A DNA stretch of 60,924 bases, filler included, from Sphacelaria rigidula (GCA_964200075.2; 7 parts of 7 records of this genome joined end to end with filler, not necessarily neighbours in it); one strand, 5' to 3'. Positions 35,241 through 47,682 are shown, counted from the first letter of the whole stretch. Notes: generated from the sequence alone by a model not told the origin. Made by a program: numbers and translations.

Positions 35241-36687
35241 CTCTGTCCGAGTACAGGCTGTACTCTGCAAGCACACAGAGTACAGTAGTGCATGGTTGAA
35301 GGTGTAATGCGTGAGAGAAAAACGATCAAGCGATAAAAAACAGGGGGAAATTCTCATCACCTGACAAATTTATTGCCGATAAATGTACGCGGCTGGAGGT
35401 AGGTCTGAATCAGCCGGTGTCGATGCGGGTGGTAGTGCTGCTGGTGCTCTTGATCGTAGACGATCCGCGTTTCGACCGTGCGACAAAACCCACGCATCTC
35501 GCGAGTGACAGCCACCGTACTGGACAGCGCTGGGTACGTACTACCCGCCGGTGGGTCCATGCTTGCTTACTCGGCGAAGTTCTGGGAGATATAGCTGTGC
35601 GCATCTCTCTGGGGGAGCTGTGCACGTGGAGTGTGTCTCCACGCGTGGCTACTGCTGGTGATGGCATCGTTTGGTTTCTGTGAAAAAAGATAGGGACATG
35701 AACGAGTATCCTTTATCCCCGAGTGGCGGAGGGCAAGTTCGTCAATTACATGGTGCTGATCTGTGAAAACCGTTCCAGCGCAGAAGTCGCCCGGCGTGAC
35801 CTGCCGTCGGACTGCGGACGTTCTCTTTCATCTGACAAATATCCCTCTGTGAACAGCCACTGAAAATGATACCAGCAGCGAAGCAGATTTGAACCACAAG
35901 CAGTTTTGCATTGCCTCTACTGTCCATGAGCGCGTATGCAATTCGGTCGCCCACCCCAACACGCAGCTCAGTCGGTGGACCCTGCCACAAAATTAGATGC
36001 CCAAGTTTTCGCCGACAAGAAGAAACGCCAAAAGTGTGGTGGTGTCGGTTCAGGCACACGTTTCACTGCAGTAACGTTGATGTGTGGCGGCCACGACTGC
36101 TGCAGTTCGTGTTCTCTTGTTATGTTCGCATTGACGGTAAACGTGGGGTTGCACCTCGAGGGCGTGTGCTTCCGTAGTAGTACAGCAGCAGCAGCTGGAC
36201 ACTATTAATTTTGCAACAAGAGAAAGCAGCTGATGCATTCTGTGTATAGTCCGTGTTCAGGTTCTAAAAAACACTGCAGAATTGCTGTGTTGTGTTCAGT
36301 GTAGTACTCTGTATTCCACATAATGGGGTCACGTTTTGGGCAGTTTTTCGAAAAGTTCTGCTTGTTTTTTTTAAAGTTTTGATTAGTTCTGAATATATAT
36401 TCTGAAAAGAATGAGATAAGTTTCTGTCACAGAAATCCAATGCCGAATCTGAAATGGCCTGAGACAACAACCAATTCGAAAATTGGAATTATGCTGCGAA
36501 AGGTGATCTCGCACGAGGTGGAAATCCCCTCGTGCAATCGATGAATCATTCCATGAGGCGTTTGTATGAGACGTCATCACCTGCCGTGAGGATTCACTGT
36601 AACTGGATGATGAGATTGTGAGCTTCCATGCGATACTCATACTCGTGTTTCTCTTTGTTGCATAATTCCGGTTTTGTCTACCCACAG

Positions 36688-36794
36688 CTACGCATGGTGC
36701 GGCGTGGTTGCGCACGACTGATTCTCGAAGACGGAGTGGGGGTCGTCTACCATTGCATGGACAATGCTCGGGTACACCACGGCAGTTCACTCAG
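36688..36794 (+). CDS. RIOX1: Ribosomal oxygenase 1 / NO66 (JmjC family), antepenultimate exon
   Basis: CACAG|CTA…CTCAG|GTACGA. LRMVRRGCARLILEDGVGVVYHCMDNARVHHGSSL resembles the NO66 C-terminal winged-helix region (…ARL…Y…NSRVYH). Confidence 0.8.
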
Positions 36795-37082
36795 GTACGA
36801 AATGCGTGGATGTCCGAAGTAAAAACTTGTGCCCAAGTAGCAAAACACCACCAAAAACACCTCCACAAGAGCCAATGCTAGTAGCTGAGCAATGCATTCC
36901 ACTCTGAGCGTGCAGTGCATCTCACTCGTCCACATGAGGTGCGCAGGATAAACATGGCGTATGTGCTACCTGTAGTGTTGTACGGCCTTCGTTTACTTCA
37001 GTTGGCCTCGTAGAGTTTCCTCGGACATGGGCCAACCTGGACGCCTGTAAATCCCTTCGCACCCCTGACCATAATCGCACAG

Positions 37083-37200
37083 CCCTTTGGAATTCGAACT
37101 GGACGATGCGCCGGCGATCGAAGCCCTCCTTGCTGCCTACCCGGATCCTGTCAGGGTGGCAGATCTGCCGCACCCTCCTACCGATGACCTCGAAGATAAG
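37083..37200 (+). CDS. RIOX1: RIOX1/NO66 penultimate exon
   Basis: CACAG|C…AAG|GTAAAT. PLEFELDDAPAIEALLAAYPDPVRVADLP resembles the NO66 motif AxExLLxxYPxxVRVxDLP. Splice phases are consistent. Confidence 0.85.
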
Positions 37201-37630
37201 GTAAATGCTGTTCAGCAAGGGCCGTTTCGCGAATTTTACGTCTCAAAACAAACCCAGGCTCATGGTATATATAAATATGTGTATGCGGCAGAGAGCGGTA
37301 TATATTTATTCACGACACTGAGCAACTTCGGCAGAACGCACGGAAAAGCTCGTCAACAGTGTGGCACGATTGGTTTGCGGCGCCAGGAGATTCGGTTCAT
37401 GCTGCTTGGGAAATTCAGTTTACGCTGCTTAGGAGACTCATTTCATGTTGCTTACTCCCATGTAGGTCAGGCTGCGCTCGCAACCGTGGAAACATGGCCA
37501 CCAGATTTTCTGTTCTTGTTCTGTGTGTAGGAGAACAGGGGAACACACGGTCATCCTGCCTTGTAACCATGATATGCCCAATGCGGATGCGGCCCACTTG
37601 CTCTCTATTTATTTTACTTGCCGGGACCAG

Positions 37631-37807
37631 CTGGGCGTAGCGACCGCCCTTTACAAGGAAGGATTTTTGTTGATCGTGGAGGATGACGAGGATAATGACA
37701 CCCACGACGCAGTTGCGGAGACGAGCGAAGTGGGGTCAGGAGCAGCGTCTAGAAGGGACGAAAATGAATCGGGGGATGGAGAGGATAGTGAGGGAGAAGG
37801 ATTATAA
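37631..37807 (+). CDS. RIOX1: RIOX1/NO66 terminal exon
   Basis: ACCAG|CTG; LGVATALYKEGFLL (NO66 motif LxxATxLYxxGxLL), then an acidic tail and TAA at 37805-37807. Confidence 0.85.
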   Translation: MGVATALYKEGFLLIVEDDEDNDTHDAVAETSEVGSGAASRRDENESGDGEDSEGEGL

Positions 37808-38737
37808 CGTGACACGCTGTCTTTTGTCCCGGCTTGGGTGATCGACATCATTCTCATCAAATATCCGGTGTTCTGTGGCACTCCAGTGTTATTCAGCGGT
37901 ATGCCTCGAGATGGAGGTCCGCAGATACGTTCCTCTTGTTTGAGGGTTTGCTACAAGACCAGAGTGGACGGGATGAAGTCAGGGTCGCTTGAAAGATTGC
38001 ACCTGACGCATACCTTACCCTCCACAACATGAGAAACGGGAGAGTCAGGTGGATTGCTGCAATGCAGGTGTGGGTCTCCCGGTTTTTGACGCTCGTAAGA
38101 AATAGTGGGTTAGAGGATCGTGTGCGGAATGGGCAGGCAGGGATTGCCATCCGCGTTACGATAGGGGACAAGGGAAGCCCCTTGATTCCGACTGCCTCCA
38201 GCGTGTTGTGGGGTATTAGGGCGAGAATTCCTGCTGGCACTGCGACAAGCGCTGGTGTTCTGGAAATCTGTCGTCGAATGGCCGTGCGGTCATTCCCCAC
38301 CTTTTTCCATGCACTTGCGCCTACAAAAGTGGTCTTGTAGTCACACGGTCGGTACGGATACGCTTGGTGCCGAACATGGAGGGCCTTCGGTTCTCCCTGC
38401 GAAATGCTTCTATCGTCCTGTTGCCGAAGGTACTCGGAAGCGAGGTTTCTTTTCCCTTCTCATGTAAGGCAAGCATTGATCGTGAGTCAGATGATGAGCA
38501 CAGTGATGCCGTTGACGTAAAGGGTATGTAGTACTGAGCTCTTGAAGCGTGCTCTAGCGGTTACCTAGGGTGTGCAGGAATTTCCACAGGTGCAAATGCA
38601 TCGGGGTCCCCCGCTCTCGTCATTGGCGAAGTAGTTTCCTGAGACGTGTTTGTCTCTTCCTGGTTTTTGTGTTCAATCCATACACTGGGAGATAAGCTAC
38701 TGTGTGCATAAGTGGTATTCCTTCCACTCTACGGTTG

Positions 38738-39316
38738 CTAGCCATCGGGCCTCTGAGACAAGAGCTTGTCGCGGATAGAAAATCCTCCACGAACGAGATC
38801 TCCAGCCTTCCGCAGTTCCCTCGCCTCCCTCCCTCCGACGGCTACCCCTCTACCGCAACAAGCTCCCCCACCCTCTCCTGTCCACGACGCACCCCTCCCA
38901 TCACACGTCCCCAGTGATTTACTCGTGTCTGCATATGACGAGCCAGGTGTCTCCGAATATCTGTCTGGGAATCTGTCATCGAAATACGGCACTAATCCGT
39001 TCGCCTCGGGGGTATGCACTGGGGTCCTGCTCTTACAATTGTTGCCCTCGCCCGAGTTATTGCCTGCCCCAATGCCATTTCGAGTTGATGTGCTGGGCGC
39101 GTATTTCGATGCGTAGCCCCTGGGCGGGACGATGCCGTCCGGGAAGTCGGGGTCGAAAAATTGACTGCAGAACACGCACAACGGTAGGCGATGCAGGGCG
39201 CACACACTCGAAGCTTTGCGCTCGAATCGCTCATTCGGAGCACCCGACTTGGCCAAGAAATTTCCAACGACTTTCAGGCTAGCAGTGGCGACCAGGCTCT
39301 CCACAGGAAATGGGGC
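38738..39316 (-). CDS. Terminal exon of an unidentified protein with a CxxC motif (LCVFCSQFFDPDFPDG)
   Basis: Acceptor CTATAG|GCC, in frame with ORF 38738-39304. A globular-looking N-terminal part is followed by a low-complexity tail and TAG. Confidence 0.65.
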   Translation of the reverse strand, partial: APFPVESLVATASLKVVGNFLAKSGAPNERFERKASSVCALHRLPLCVFCSQFFDPDFPDGIVPPRGYASKYAPSTSTRNGIGAGNNSGEGNNCKSRTPVHTPEANGLVPYFDDRFPDRYSETPGSSYADTSKSLGTCDGRGASWTGEGGGACCGRGVAVGGREARELRKAGDLVRGGFSIRDKLLSQRPDG

Positions 39317-40194
39317 CTATAGCATTGGCGCCAACATTGACCGGGGATGGGTGGAGCAGCGATTCAAGCACGCATGTTAGTCATGGGGGCTACTTGCACA
39401 TGCTAGGTGGAAATCAGGATGCGAGGAATGAGTTCGAAGCTCAGTGGGTGGCTGTCAACAATGTTTTCGTGAGATTGAGAGTGATAGATAAGATTGAGAG
39501 TCAACAATTTAATCGGAGGACGGTCACATGCACCTTTCAAATTGTTGCACGACGCATTGACGTGTGGCATAATAAGAGGCTAGTTAACCGTCGTTAGGTT
39601 ACGTTTAGAATGGTTTACAGAATTTTTCGAGTATCGCTACCCCCTTAACTCTAACCCCAACCCAACGCATACTGAGAACCCTTGCAAGGGCGGAACATAC
39701 ACTCCCTAGACAAAGTGCGACCTTGGTAGACCCCAAATCGGCGCCTGTTGCGCCAACTTCAACGGAAAACGCGTTATGTACATGCGAGGAGCACACGGGA
39801 CTGTCAGCCCCCCTAAAATTCCGGTTCTCGTCGTTCACACCCAACTCGAGTAAAATCAACCATTTTAAAACGTAGCCCAACGCCGATAAACTCTACTGGA
39901 TCGACATGTCATTATATTCAACAAGCTACATGACAAAGAAATGCGCAGAGTTGGCGGTTCGAGTAGGCCAAGCCCTCTATCGACGAGGGGGCATGGATGG
40001 GATAACGGTGGAGTTGTACTGCTATATGCCAAAAATAAGTTGATCCCGATGTCCCACGCTCCAAGTACGGGAGAGGTGGAACAGAAGCGGTGGTATTGAC
40101 GAGGCTAGTTGATCATCTTTCACACTCAAATCAAGTAATATCAACTATTCTAAAACGTAGCCCAACGCCGGTAAACACTACTGCAGACGATAAG

Positions 40195-40536
40195 GCTTAA
40201 GTTCCGTATGCGCGTGTTTTTTTAGCGCAAATTATGCGCCTTTCATGCGCCTTATTCCCGTCCTTGTTGCGGCTTGCGGCGTTGTGGCAGTATCCCCTCA
40301 AGAGGCGCGCCTTCCAGCATGAGGACAAGACAACAAGTTGGGCATTCGAAGTTTTTATTTTCATTTTCAATTGAAAAATGAAGCTCTTCATCAGTCATGG
40401 AGTTTGAAGGCCACAACCTGCACACCTACACCCTAACCCACGTACGAAAGCAACAAATGCCACTACACTTATGATACATGAGGGTGTTGTAGCCTCTGGA
40501 CACAGGGCATTGCAGCCTTCGGCCTCTCACCCGGCT
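40195..40536 (-). repeat. Dispersed repeat, homolog of 17499-17920
   Basis: Same alignment as the 17499-17920 feature. Confidence 0.85.
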
Positions 40537-40875
40537 CTATCATCTACGGTTAGGCGATATTGAAAATCTTGTCGAACTACCGGTGTCGATTGTACGCCGT
40601 ACAAATGTGCTAGTCTCTTGTCACATTTTTGAAAACAACAGAGTACCATTATGAAGAATATAAAATGGAACGTTTTGCTGATCAGACCCGCCAAAAAGTA
40701 GGAACACGAAACGACCATGCAAGTATTGAAGTATTGAAGCCTGAAGCCAGTCGGCCTGTCCGGTGATGAGTCACGCCACATGGAACGCTTGCGGGCAGCT
40801 GGCTGCAGGAGGCGCGTAAAAAATTATCGCAACTTCATGCGCGTTTCAAATATATGCTCGTTTCAAGCATATTAA

Positions 40876-40973
40876 CCCTTGGACCGCGAGGGTAGTCTAT
40901 CTGGATCATGCATACTTTTTTCAAGTGAAATTGATGTCGATTCAACAGATGACCTACTCTCGCTGTCTAAGGG
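40876..40973. mobile_element. piggyBac-type micro-MITE (98 bp)
   Basis: TTAA|CCCTTGGACCGCGAGGGTAG…CTACTCTCGCTGTCTAAGGG|TTAA. Confidence 0.88.
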
Positions 40974-41271
40974 TTAAGCTAATTATAAGCTTTGCGATAA
41001 AAATCCCCAGTGAAGCTCAGAACCCCCGAGTTAAGCTAAACTTTATGCGCGCACACGGAATTAAAGCCTACAGACGACGAGAATCGGAATTTTAATGGGG
41101 CTGATAGTCCCGTGTGCTCCTCGCGTGCACAGAACGTGTTTTTTGTTGAAACCGGCGCCACAGGCGCCGATTTGATGTCTACCAAGGCCGCCCTTTGCCT
41201 AGGGAGTGTATGTTCCGCCCTTGCCCGAGGGTTCTCGGTATGCGTTGGGTTGGGATTAAGGTTGAGGGTAG

Positions 41272-41496
41272 CACACGTTGACAACTCATGAGTTGACTCA
41301 GTTCTGTGATATGACCCATCCAGTGGAAAAAGTTATTGCCGGGTTACACCGTATAACTCAACTGGTGGAAAACGGTACCGCTGAGCTATACAATATAGCT
41401 CTGCCAGTGGAAATAGATACCGCTGAGTTATACAGTATATCTCAACAGCTGGGTTGTACGAAAATTAGTTTTATGAGATGAGTTATCCGACGTGTG
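41272..41496. mobile_element. CACAC…GTGTG MITE nested in the TTAGGG-associated repeat
   Basis: GAGGGTAG|CACACGTTGACAACTCAT…ATGAGTTATCCGACGTGTG|AACGGTAG. The copy near 39625-39660 lacks the insert. Related sequence at ~16515-16720. Confidence 0.75.
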
Positions 41497-42600
41497 AACG
41501 GTAGCGATACTTGGAAAATTGCGTCAAGCATTTCAAAACGTAGCCCAACGACGGTTAACTACGCTCCGTCGATCGGCCGCCTCCTTGATAATCGGAAGTG
41601 ACCTCCCAGCCTATGTTCCCAATAGTAGATTCAAGGCTCATGACACCTGACTGCGAATCTCCCACGTGCTCTAGTTCGAATTAGAGATATTGATATGGTC
41701 AACGTAACTGCAGTACAAATCATTTCAACAAATCAAACATGCTTTTTCGACAGTCAACCAAAAGGTTGCATCGTGAAATTCCCGTGTTATGACGAAGTTA
41801 TTCCGATTATTATGTACAATGAGAGAGTACCTTACCGGTCAGGTACCATTCCCAAGAATCGAACGGTTACGGTCGTCAGTTTTTCCTTTCATAGAGAAAA
41901 AAATTGCGCTCCGGGCCAGAAGGATGGAATTTCCATTGGTTCCGATTATTTTCCGAGCCGTCGTTTGGCCATATTATATACTGGCTGCACACACAAATGG
42001 CATGTTGTTGCCAGGTGGCTGGTGCAGGTGTACGGTGGTCGTTGGCATTATTTCGAATCTCAGACCAAGGAAAGATTCGAGTCGGAACTTAACGATTGGG
42101 ACTTACGTTACAGTCTGCGAAAATACCAACAGTCTCATGCGATAACGAACTCGAGCTACTGTGATCCACGACGTGTTGTGTTTTTTCTCGACATCAAAAG
42201 GCGAGACATCACACGCGAGTCATCAACCGGCGTATTTAGCCTTGACAGTCTTTCGTCTCGGGCTCGTGAACCCTATTTTAGGGGCATCTGCTGTCAAATT
42301 ACTTCAGTAGAGTTTACCGCCGTTGGGCTACGAATGTCCATGATTGACATTACTTGATTTGAGTGTGTACAGCGAAAATCGGATCTTTAGTAGGGCTGAC
42401 AGTCTTGTGTGCTCCTCGCGTGCACAGAACGCGTTTTCGTTGAAATTGGCGCCACAGGCGCCGATTTGGGGTCTACCAAGGTCGCACTTTGCCTAGGGAA
42501 TGTATGTTACGCCCTTGCCCGAGGGTTCTTGGTATGCGTTGGGTTGGGTTACTTGTAAAATTGTGTCAACCATTCTCAAACGCAGCCTAACGACAGTTAA

Positions 42601-42702
42601 CTCTTAGACCGCGGTGCGGGTAGTCCATCTGGATCACGCATACTTTTTTCAAATGGAAATTGATGTCGATTTAGCAGGTGACGTAACGTCGCAGTCGAAG
42701 AG
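42601..42702. mobile_element. piggyBac-type micro-MITE, second copy, nested in another repeat
   Basis: TTAA|CTCTTAGACCGCGG…CGCAGTCGAAGAG|TTAA. The homologous empty site near 39586 has a single TTAA. Confidence 0.85.
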
Positions 42703-43491
42703 TTAACTGGCCACTTATTATGCTGCACGTCAACTTGTCGTGCAAAATTTTGAAATGTGCATATGAACGTCTTCAGAATAAATAGTTGACTCTCAATCCG
42801 ATCTGTTACTCTCAATCTCACGAAATCATTGTCATGGTGCACTCTTTCGCGAATCAGATGCAATAAATCATCCGGGCGGCTGTCATGCCAGCAGTCCGAC
42901 CTCAAACTTGCCCACCGGGAAATTCTCCGGGACGAGACAGCGATGGTACGGCACAAAAGCAGGCGGATGCAGGCATATATCTCATTCTTGTCAAGTATTC
43001 TCAACTATTGACAAGCAGCCTATGGCAAGGTTGACGTTGTTCAAGTGAAATAATGAAGTGTGCTCAGATCGAGTGTCTTGTGCGCAGAGCGTAAGTAGCT
43101 GCCACAGCAGTGAGCTCACTAGTTGACGTTGCAGAAAAACAGTAATCATGAAACCGGGGACGTACAACAGTGTTTTCGTGAGATTGAGACAAGAGCACAC
43201 GAGGTAGAGTGAGATGCGGTCAATTATTCAATACTGTACATCGTTTCAGTTACAAAATGACCCTCCACGAGGCGCGATACCCTTTTTGTGGTAGACTGCC
43301 ACCGACGCCCTGGAGATCCCTTAGTAGGATATGGACACGTAGCACTAAGGACACGCCAGCGTTACGAGCGAAAAAAAGCACACACAGAATGGAAAACTGG
43401 TCAAGTAAAAGCGAATGATAAAACCCTAGGGTTGGGTACTGGACCAGTATCTACTGCCAGTATTCCTGTACTGGCAGTACTACTTGTACTG

Positions 43492-43591
43492 NNNNNNNNN
43501 NNNNNNNNNNNNNNNNNNNNNNNNNNNNNNNNNNNTTAATTAATTAANNNNNNNNNNNNNNNNNNNNNNNNNNNNNNNNNNNNNNNNNNNN
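43492..43591. other. Artificial contig-joining linker
   Basis: N44-TTAATTAATTAA-N44. Confidence 0.98.
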
Positions 43592-43780
43592 AGCCTGTAC
43601 AATGGGTGAACGAAGTCACTAGCTGAGTCGAAGTAAAAGACGCGCGTTGATTTGCAGATTACCACGATGTGTCATAGTAGGCACAACTCGCGATAGATCG
43701 TCAGTTAGAACCGGCTGAAGGAAAGTCCGCTTCTTAGGCGGCCCAGCCTGTACGATGGGTGAACGAAGTCACTAGCTGAG
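43592..43780. repeat. 36-bp direct repeat, 153 bp apart (probably tandem units inside a TE)
   Basis: AGCCTGTAC(A/G)ATGGGTGAACGAAGTCACTAGCTGAG at 43592 and 43745. Confidence 0.8.
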
Positions 43781-46402
43781 ACAGGTTACCTGATTTACAA
43801 GTAGAGGAGGCAATTTACAAGAAGTGAGTACTTGTACGGATAAATCAAGTCAGTTGATGTGAGATGGGAATGAATCATTTTATTAAAGAATCGAGGGGTA
43901 AGTTATTTGAAGTGAGTATAGCACTTCATGTCGGACTAGTTGAGGCAAGTTTCTGTGAGCCTCTGGATTGATGAAAGTCGGGTAATCTATGATTGATTCA
44001 AGGTCTACCAAAAGCGTTGCTGACGGTTAGAATATCCTTCTCTGTTGGAGCAATTGAGGATATATATTGCAGGAGGGATCGAATCCCTGTCAAGTGTGCT
44101 TTGCGAAGCCAGTGAGTCGAGTTATAATAGTATAGACCCGTAGTCCATATCAGACAACAGAGACGAGAGGTAAGTTATGTACAGTGTCTTGCCAATGTAC
44201 AGTGTCTTGCCAAAAAAAGAGAAAATAAAGTTTCTGTTTTCAAAATCTGGCCTCTTTTTCGCCCCGTTGCACACTCCTTCAAGACGCAAGACCAAACTCG
44301 GCGAGAGGAGCTTGTTGATTGTGCTTGGGGTGATATGTGGCCCGATTTTCAGCGCCGTGCAGTAGCTCCGACAGCGCGTGTACGGCATATCTGAAGATGG
44401 GCAGCTCTACAGACTATACGGCGACGACACTTGGCAGATGGTAGTTGCACATGTGGCCACGTATGTGTCCAAGATGTGAGCACACGATTCACAACGATGA
44501 TGCACAAACACAATGACTGAAGAAACGTGCATCTCCTTACTCGAACGTTGTGAAAAAATGCTTCTGCACGCCCTCTGGCTTGAATGTTTGAACGTTTTCC
44601 CCCTTCAAAAAACGTGTTTGCCAAACCCCCATGTCCTTGTCGCGTCATCCTATGCCGACCGAAATCATCCTGCAACAACTCCGCAGAGATCGAGCGTGTA
44701 CCAAAACCAGGGAATTGAGAGCATTTGGGGTTCAAAGGGTCCACGGGTGGGTCGGGTGGGTCGGATAGGGTATGCCGATAGTTCGGTATCTTGGAATTTC
44801 GCAGACCACCTGCCTGAGGCGGTCACAATGACTTGTATGGGCTTTAGAATTTGATGTCGATACAAGGCACAAGAGACGAGCGGGGACAGATATTCCAATC
44901 GCTGGTGATGGACATAACTCATGTCCAAGTCGCGACTTGGACATAGCTTATGCCCACCTCCAGTCGGGCTGCGGTATTTCTTGGCACTGTGCAGCAGGCG
45001 CGTTTCTCGTCCACTGCGAGGCCATGTGCACCGTGCGATGGCTTGAATGATGACTACGAACTGTGTGAGTGTATTGCAGGTGCTAGAACAACAGCATTGG
45101 GCTGGCTGCTGCTGTGGGCATGGGTCGAAACAAAGGTTATGACATATGTACATGAATAGTGCACTCGCTGGGATGTTCGTCATCATTTTTGATATACAGA
45201 CGGTGCAGTTGGGATTGTTTTCATATATATTTCAGTATGGGACCCAATCGGAACGGAAACAAGTGCACTACCTATGTATACATTTCGTATATCATAACCT
45301 TTGCACCATCTGTGGGTCACAGACGGCTTATTTTTTATTATTTTCATGTATGTTGTCGTATGAGACAATCGGAACAGAAACAAGTGCACTACCGATGTAT
45401 ATATGTCATAACCTTTGGGTCGAAACTCTACTTTTCAAAATACCACAATATCGGTTATACCCTACCCAACCTGCCCTTGAATTCAACTTTTTTCATTTTT
45501 TTTTTCTCTCTCTCGCACGACGGATCACTGCAAGACTCCGACCGCGATCCGTCCCCCAGATCGCCCAAAATCGCGCGTGGTCGGTTTTGGGCCCGAGACT
45601 ATTGCTGCTCCGTAAGTCACACAGCACCCTTGTTCACATCAACGAGTGAATGTTCGGTACTTGAATGGAAACTAAAATAGTACAGAGAACGAACCCCTTC
45701 GCCAGCTTTGAGCCCGAGCGTAAAGCCCGTTCTCCCCGGCCATGCTCGTGGCTGATAGGTTGTTATTATGTGCTTTGAAAGAGGTCCACGCTGGCCACCA
45801 CACTCCAGCCGGGGCTTCGATATGCGCAAACAACTGTACTCTCTGCCCATGCTCTTTCCTTCTTAGTACTTTGGGGGACGATGATGTCACACCTCGAGCA
45901 TGCTTGGTGTGATCCTGCATGTCACGTCGTCTGAACTGTACGCGCTATATATGTGTGTGTATATATACCGTACGTACTTCTTTGCTGTGCTGTACTCGCC
46001 AGCTTTTTTAGATCCGCGCCTAAATTACAATGCTACAAAACAGTTCAGTACGTCATCGCTTTCCACTGCGCACAGTCATATATACGCTGTTTTGTTTGCG
46101 GTATTTGTGTTTCTTCTGTGCAACAACAACGTTTTGCCGCTAGCTCGACGGCACGAGAGGCAGGCGAACCGCAAAAAACTAGGCAACGGACATTTTGTTT
46201 TGTTCGTGTGCTACAGTAGTTGAGTGGTCGCCCGAAATGGCCAAATGTGCTTCGGGTCGTGTCCTGACCTTTGCTGCCAGATCGACAACACTTATATTTT
46301 TCTAGGGAAGCCTGGCTCCAGTTTTGATTGGTTGTGATTAACCCGCTTATTTTCTGGGCCAGTCCATGGTGCCTTGGGCATACCTTGTCCCGCTTCAGAG
46401 GC

Positions 46403-46557
46403 TACACGCACCTCCTGTTTACCCACGGGACTCATCATCGAAATTAACTGCTCCAGGGCGAGGCCCGGAGCTGTCACTTGATTACACGCACCTCCTGTTT
46501 ACCCACGGGACTTATAATCGAAATTGACTGCTCCAGAGCAAGGCCCGGAGCTGTCAC
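46403..46557. repeat. 80-bp tandem duplication (intronic)
   Basis: TACACGCACCTCCTGTTTACCCACGGGACT…GGCCCGGAGCTGTCAC at 46403 and 46483. Confidence 0.9.
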
Positions 46558-46754
46558 GTGGTTTATTCTCACCCCTTCACTTCTTGTAGGTTCGTTGTTG
46601 CATTCCACTTCATGTGCAGTGCTGCGTGTCGCACGAAGATATAGCTGCACGTTCCTGTCTCAGTTCGAACAACGCCCAAGCCCCTCTCCGAACTCGTTGT
46701 GCCGCGTGTCTATCTTGACCCTCGGGGGCTTCGCGCGAACTTGCGCTTGTCCAG

Positions 46755-46977
46755 ATACCATTCATGTGCTATCACACGGAACGGATCGCTCTTCACGTGG
46801 GGTCATGGGCGTGGTGGGCGACTCGGGCACGGGAACGAGGACGTGTGCATGTTGCCGGCACTTGTGGAAGGGTTGAGCACACAAACAGTCGTGGAAGTTG
46901 CTGCGTCAGACACGCACACGGCGGCGCTTACAGCAGATGGATCACTCTACACGTGGGGTCGGGACCGATTTGGCCAG
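46755..46977 (+). CDS. RCC1-repeat / BACK-like protein (IBTK-like), exon A
   Basis: YHSCAITRNGSLFTWGHGRGGRLGHG…THTAALTADGSLYTWGRDRFGQ; ends at a non-canonical donor CAG|GCAAGA. Confidence 0.9.
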
Positions 46978-47682
46978 GCAAGATGCCGTGTGCCCTCGCT
47001 TTTTTTTTTTTGCGGAATCCATTTCTGTTCGAAATATCATTTCATCCTACTCTTTTTTTTGTAACTTGTGGGTAGCGTTGTTCGCGTCAATGCGCCGTTT
47101 AGACGGCAGGTTCAGATATACCCCAAGACGTGATTCAATGCCTGCGAAAAACAGGGGAACATTTTACCTTAACCGCGGCGTGCTTTTGCTGGCGCGAGAT
47201 CAGTCATTCGTGCTTATACACGTCGGGGCTGTTTTCCGTCTCTCATGGACGACATATTGCACTCACAGTATGTTTGGTTAAGAAGATGTGTGTGAGCAGA
47301 CACAAGTGCGCTGAGAGAATGGTTTATTATAGTACACCGGTAGCGTTGAGAGGTATAGGTCAGTGTCGTGTGACCCAACGACCCATCGAGAACCCTGTCA
47401 GCTCAACCCATGAGAAAGTGTTGGTTGATGTTCCCACTTGTTACTTTATTTTATCCCAAGAGTCTCCCTGGCTGACCGATCTTCCGTGATTTTTCACGTC
47501 CCTCTTTACCCCCTTCGTTATCAGTGTTGTCGTTGTTGTTGTTGTTGGTGGTGGTATTGGTTTGGTGGTGGTTGTATGTCCTGTAGGAATGCCCGTACAG
47601 CGTCACCCACGAGAAAACCCTCCGACGCGTATGTGGTGTACTTATTGTCTTGTCTCGGTCACGTTTATCTTTGCCGTTGTAG

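Noticed and set aside
41695..42357. 220-aa ORF as a gene
   Set aside because: No recognisable domain or splice support; AT-rich sequence between repeats.
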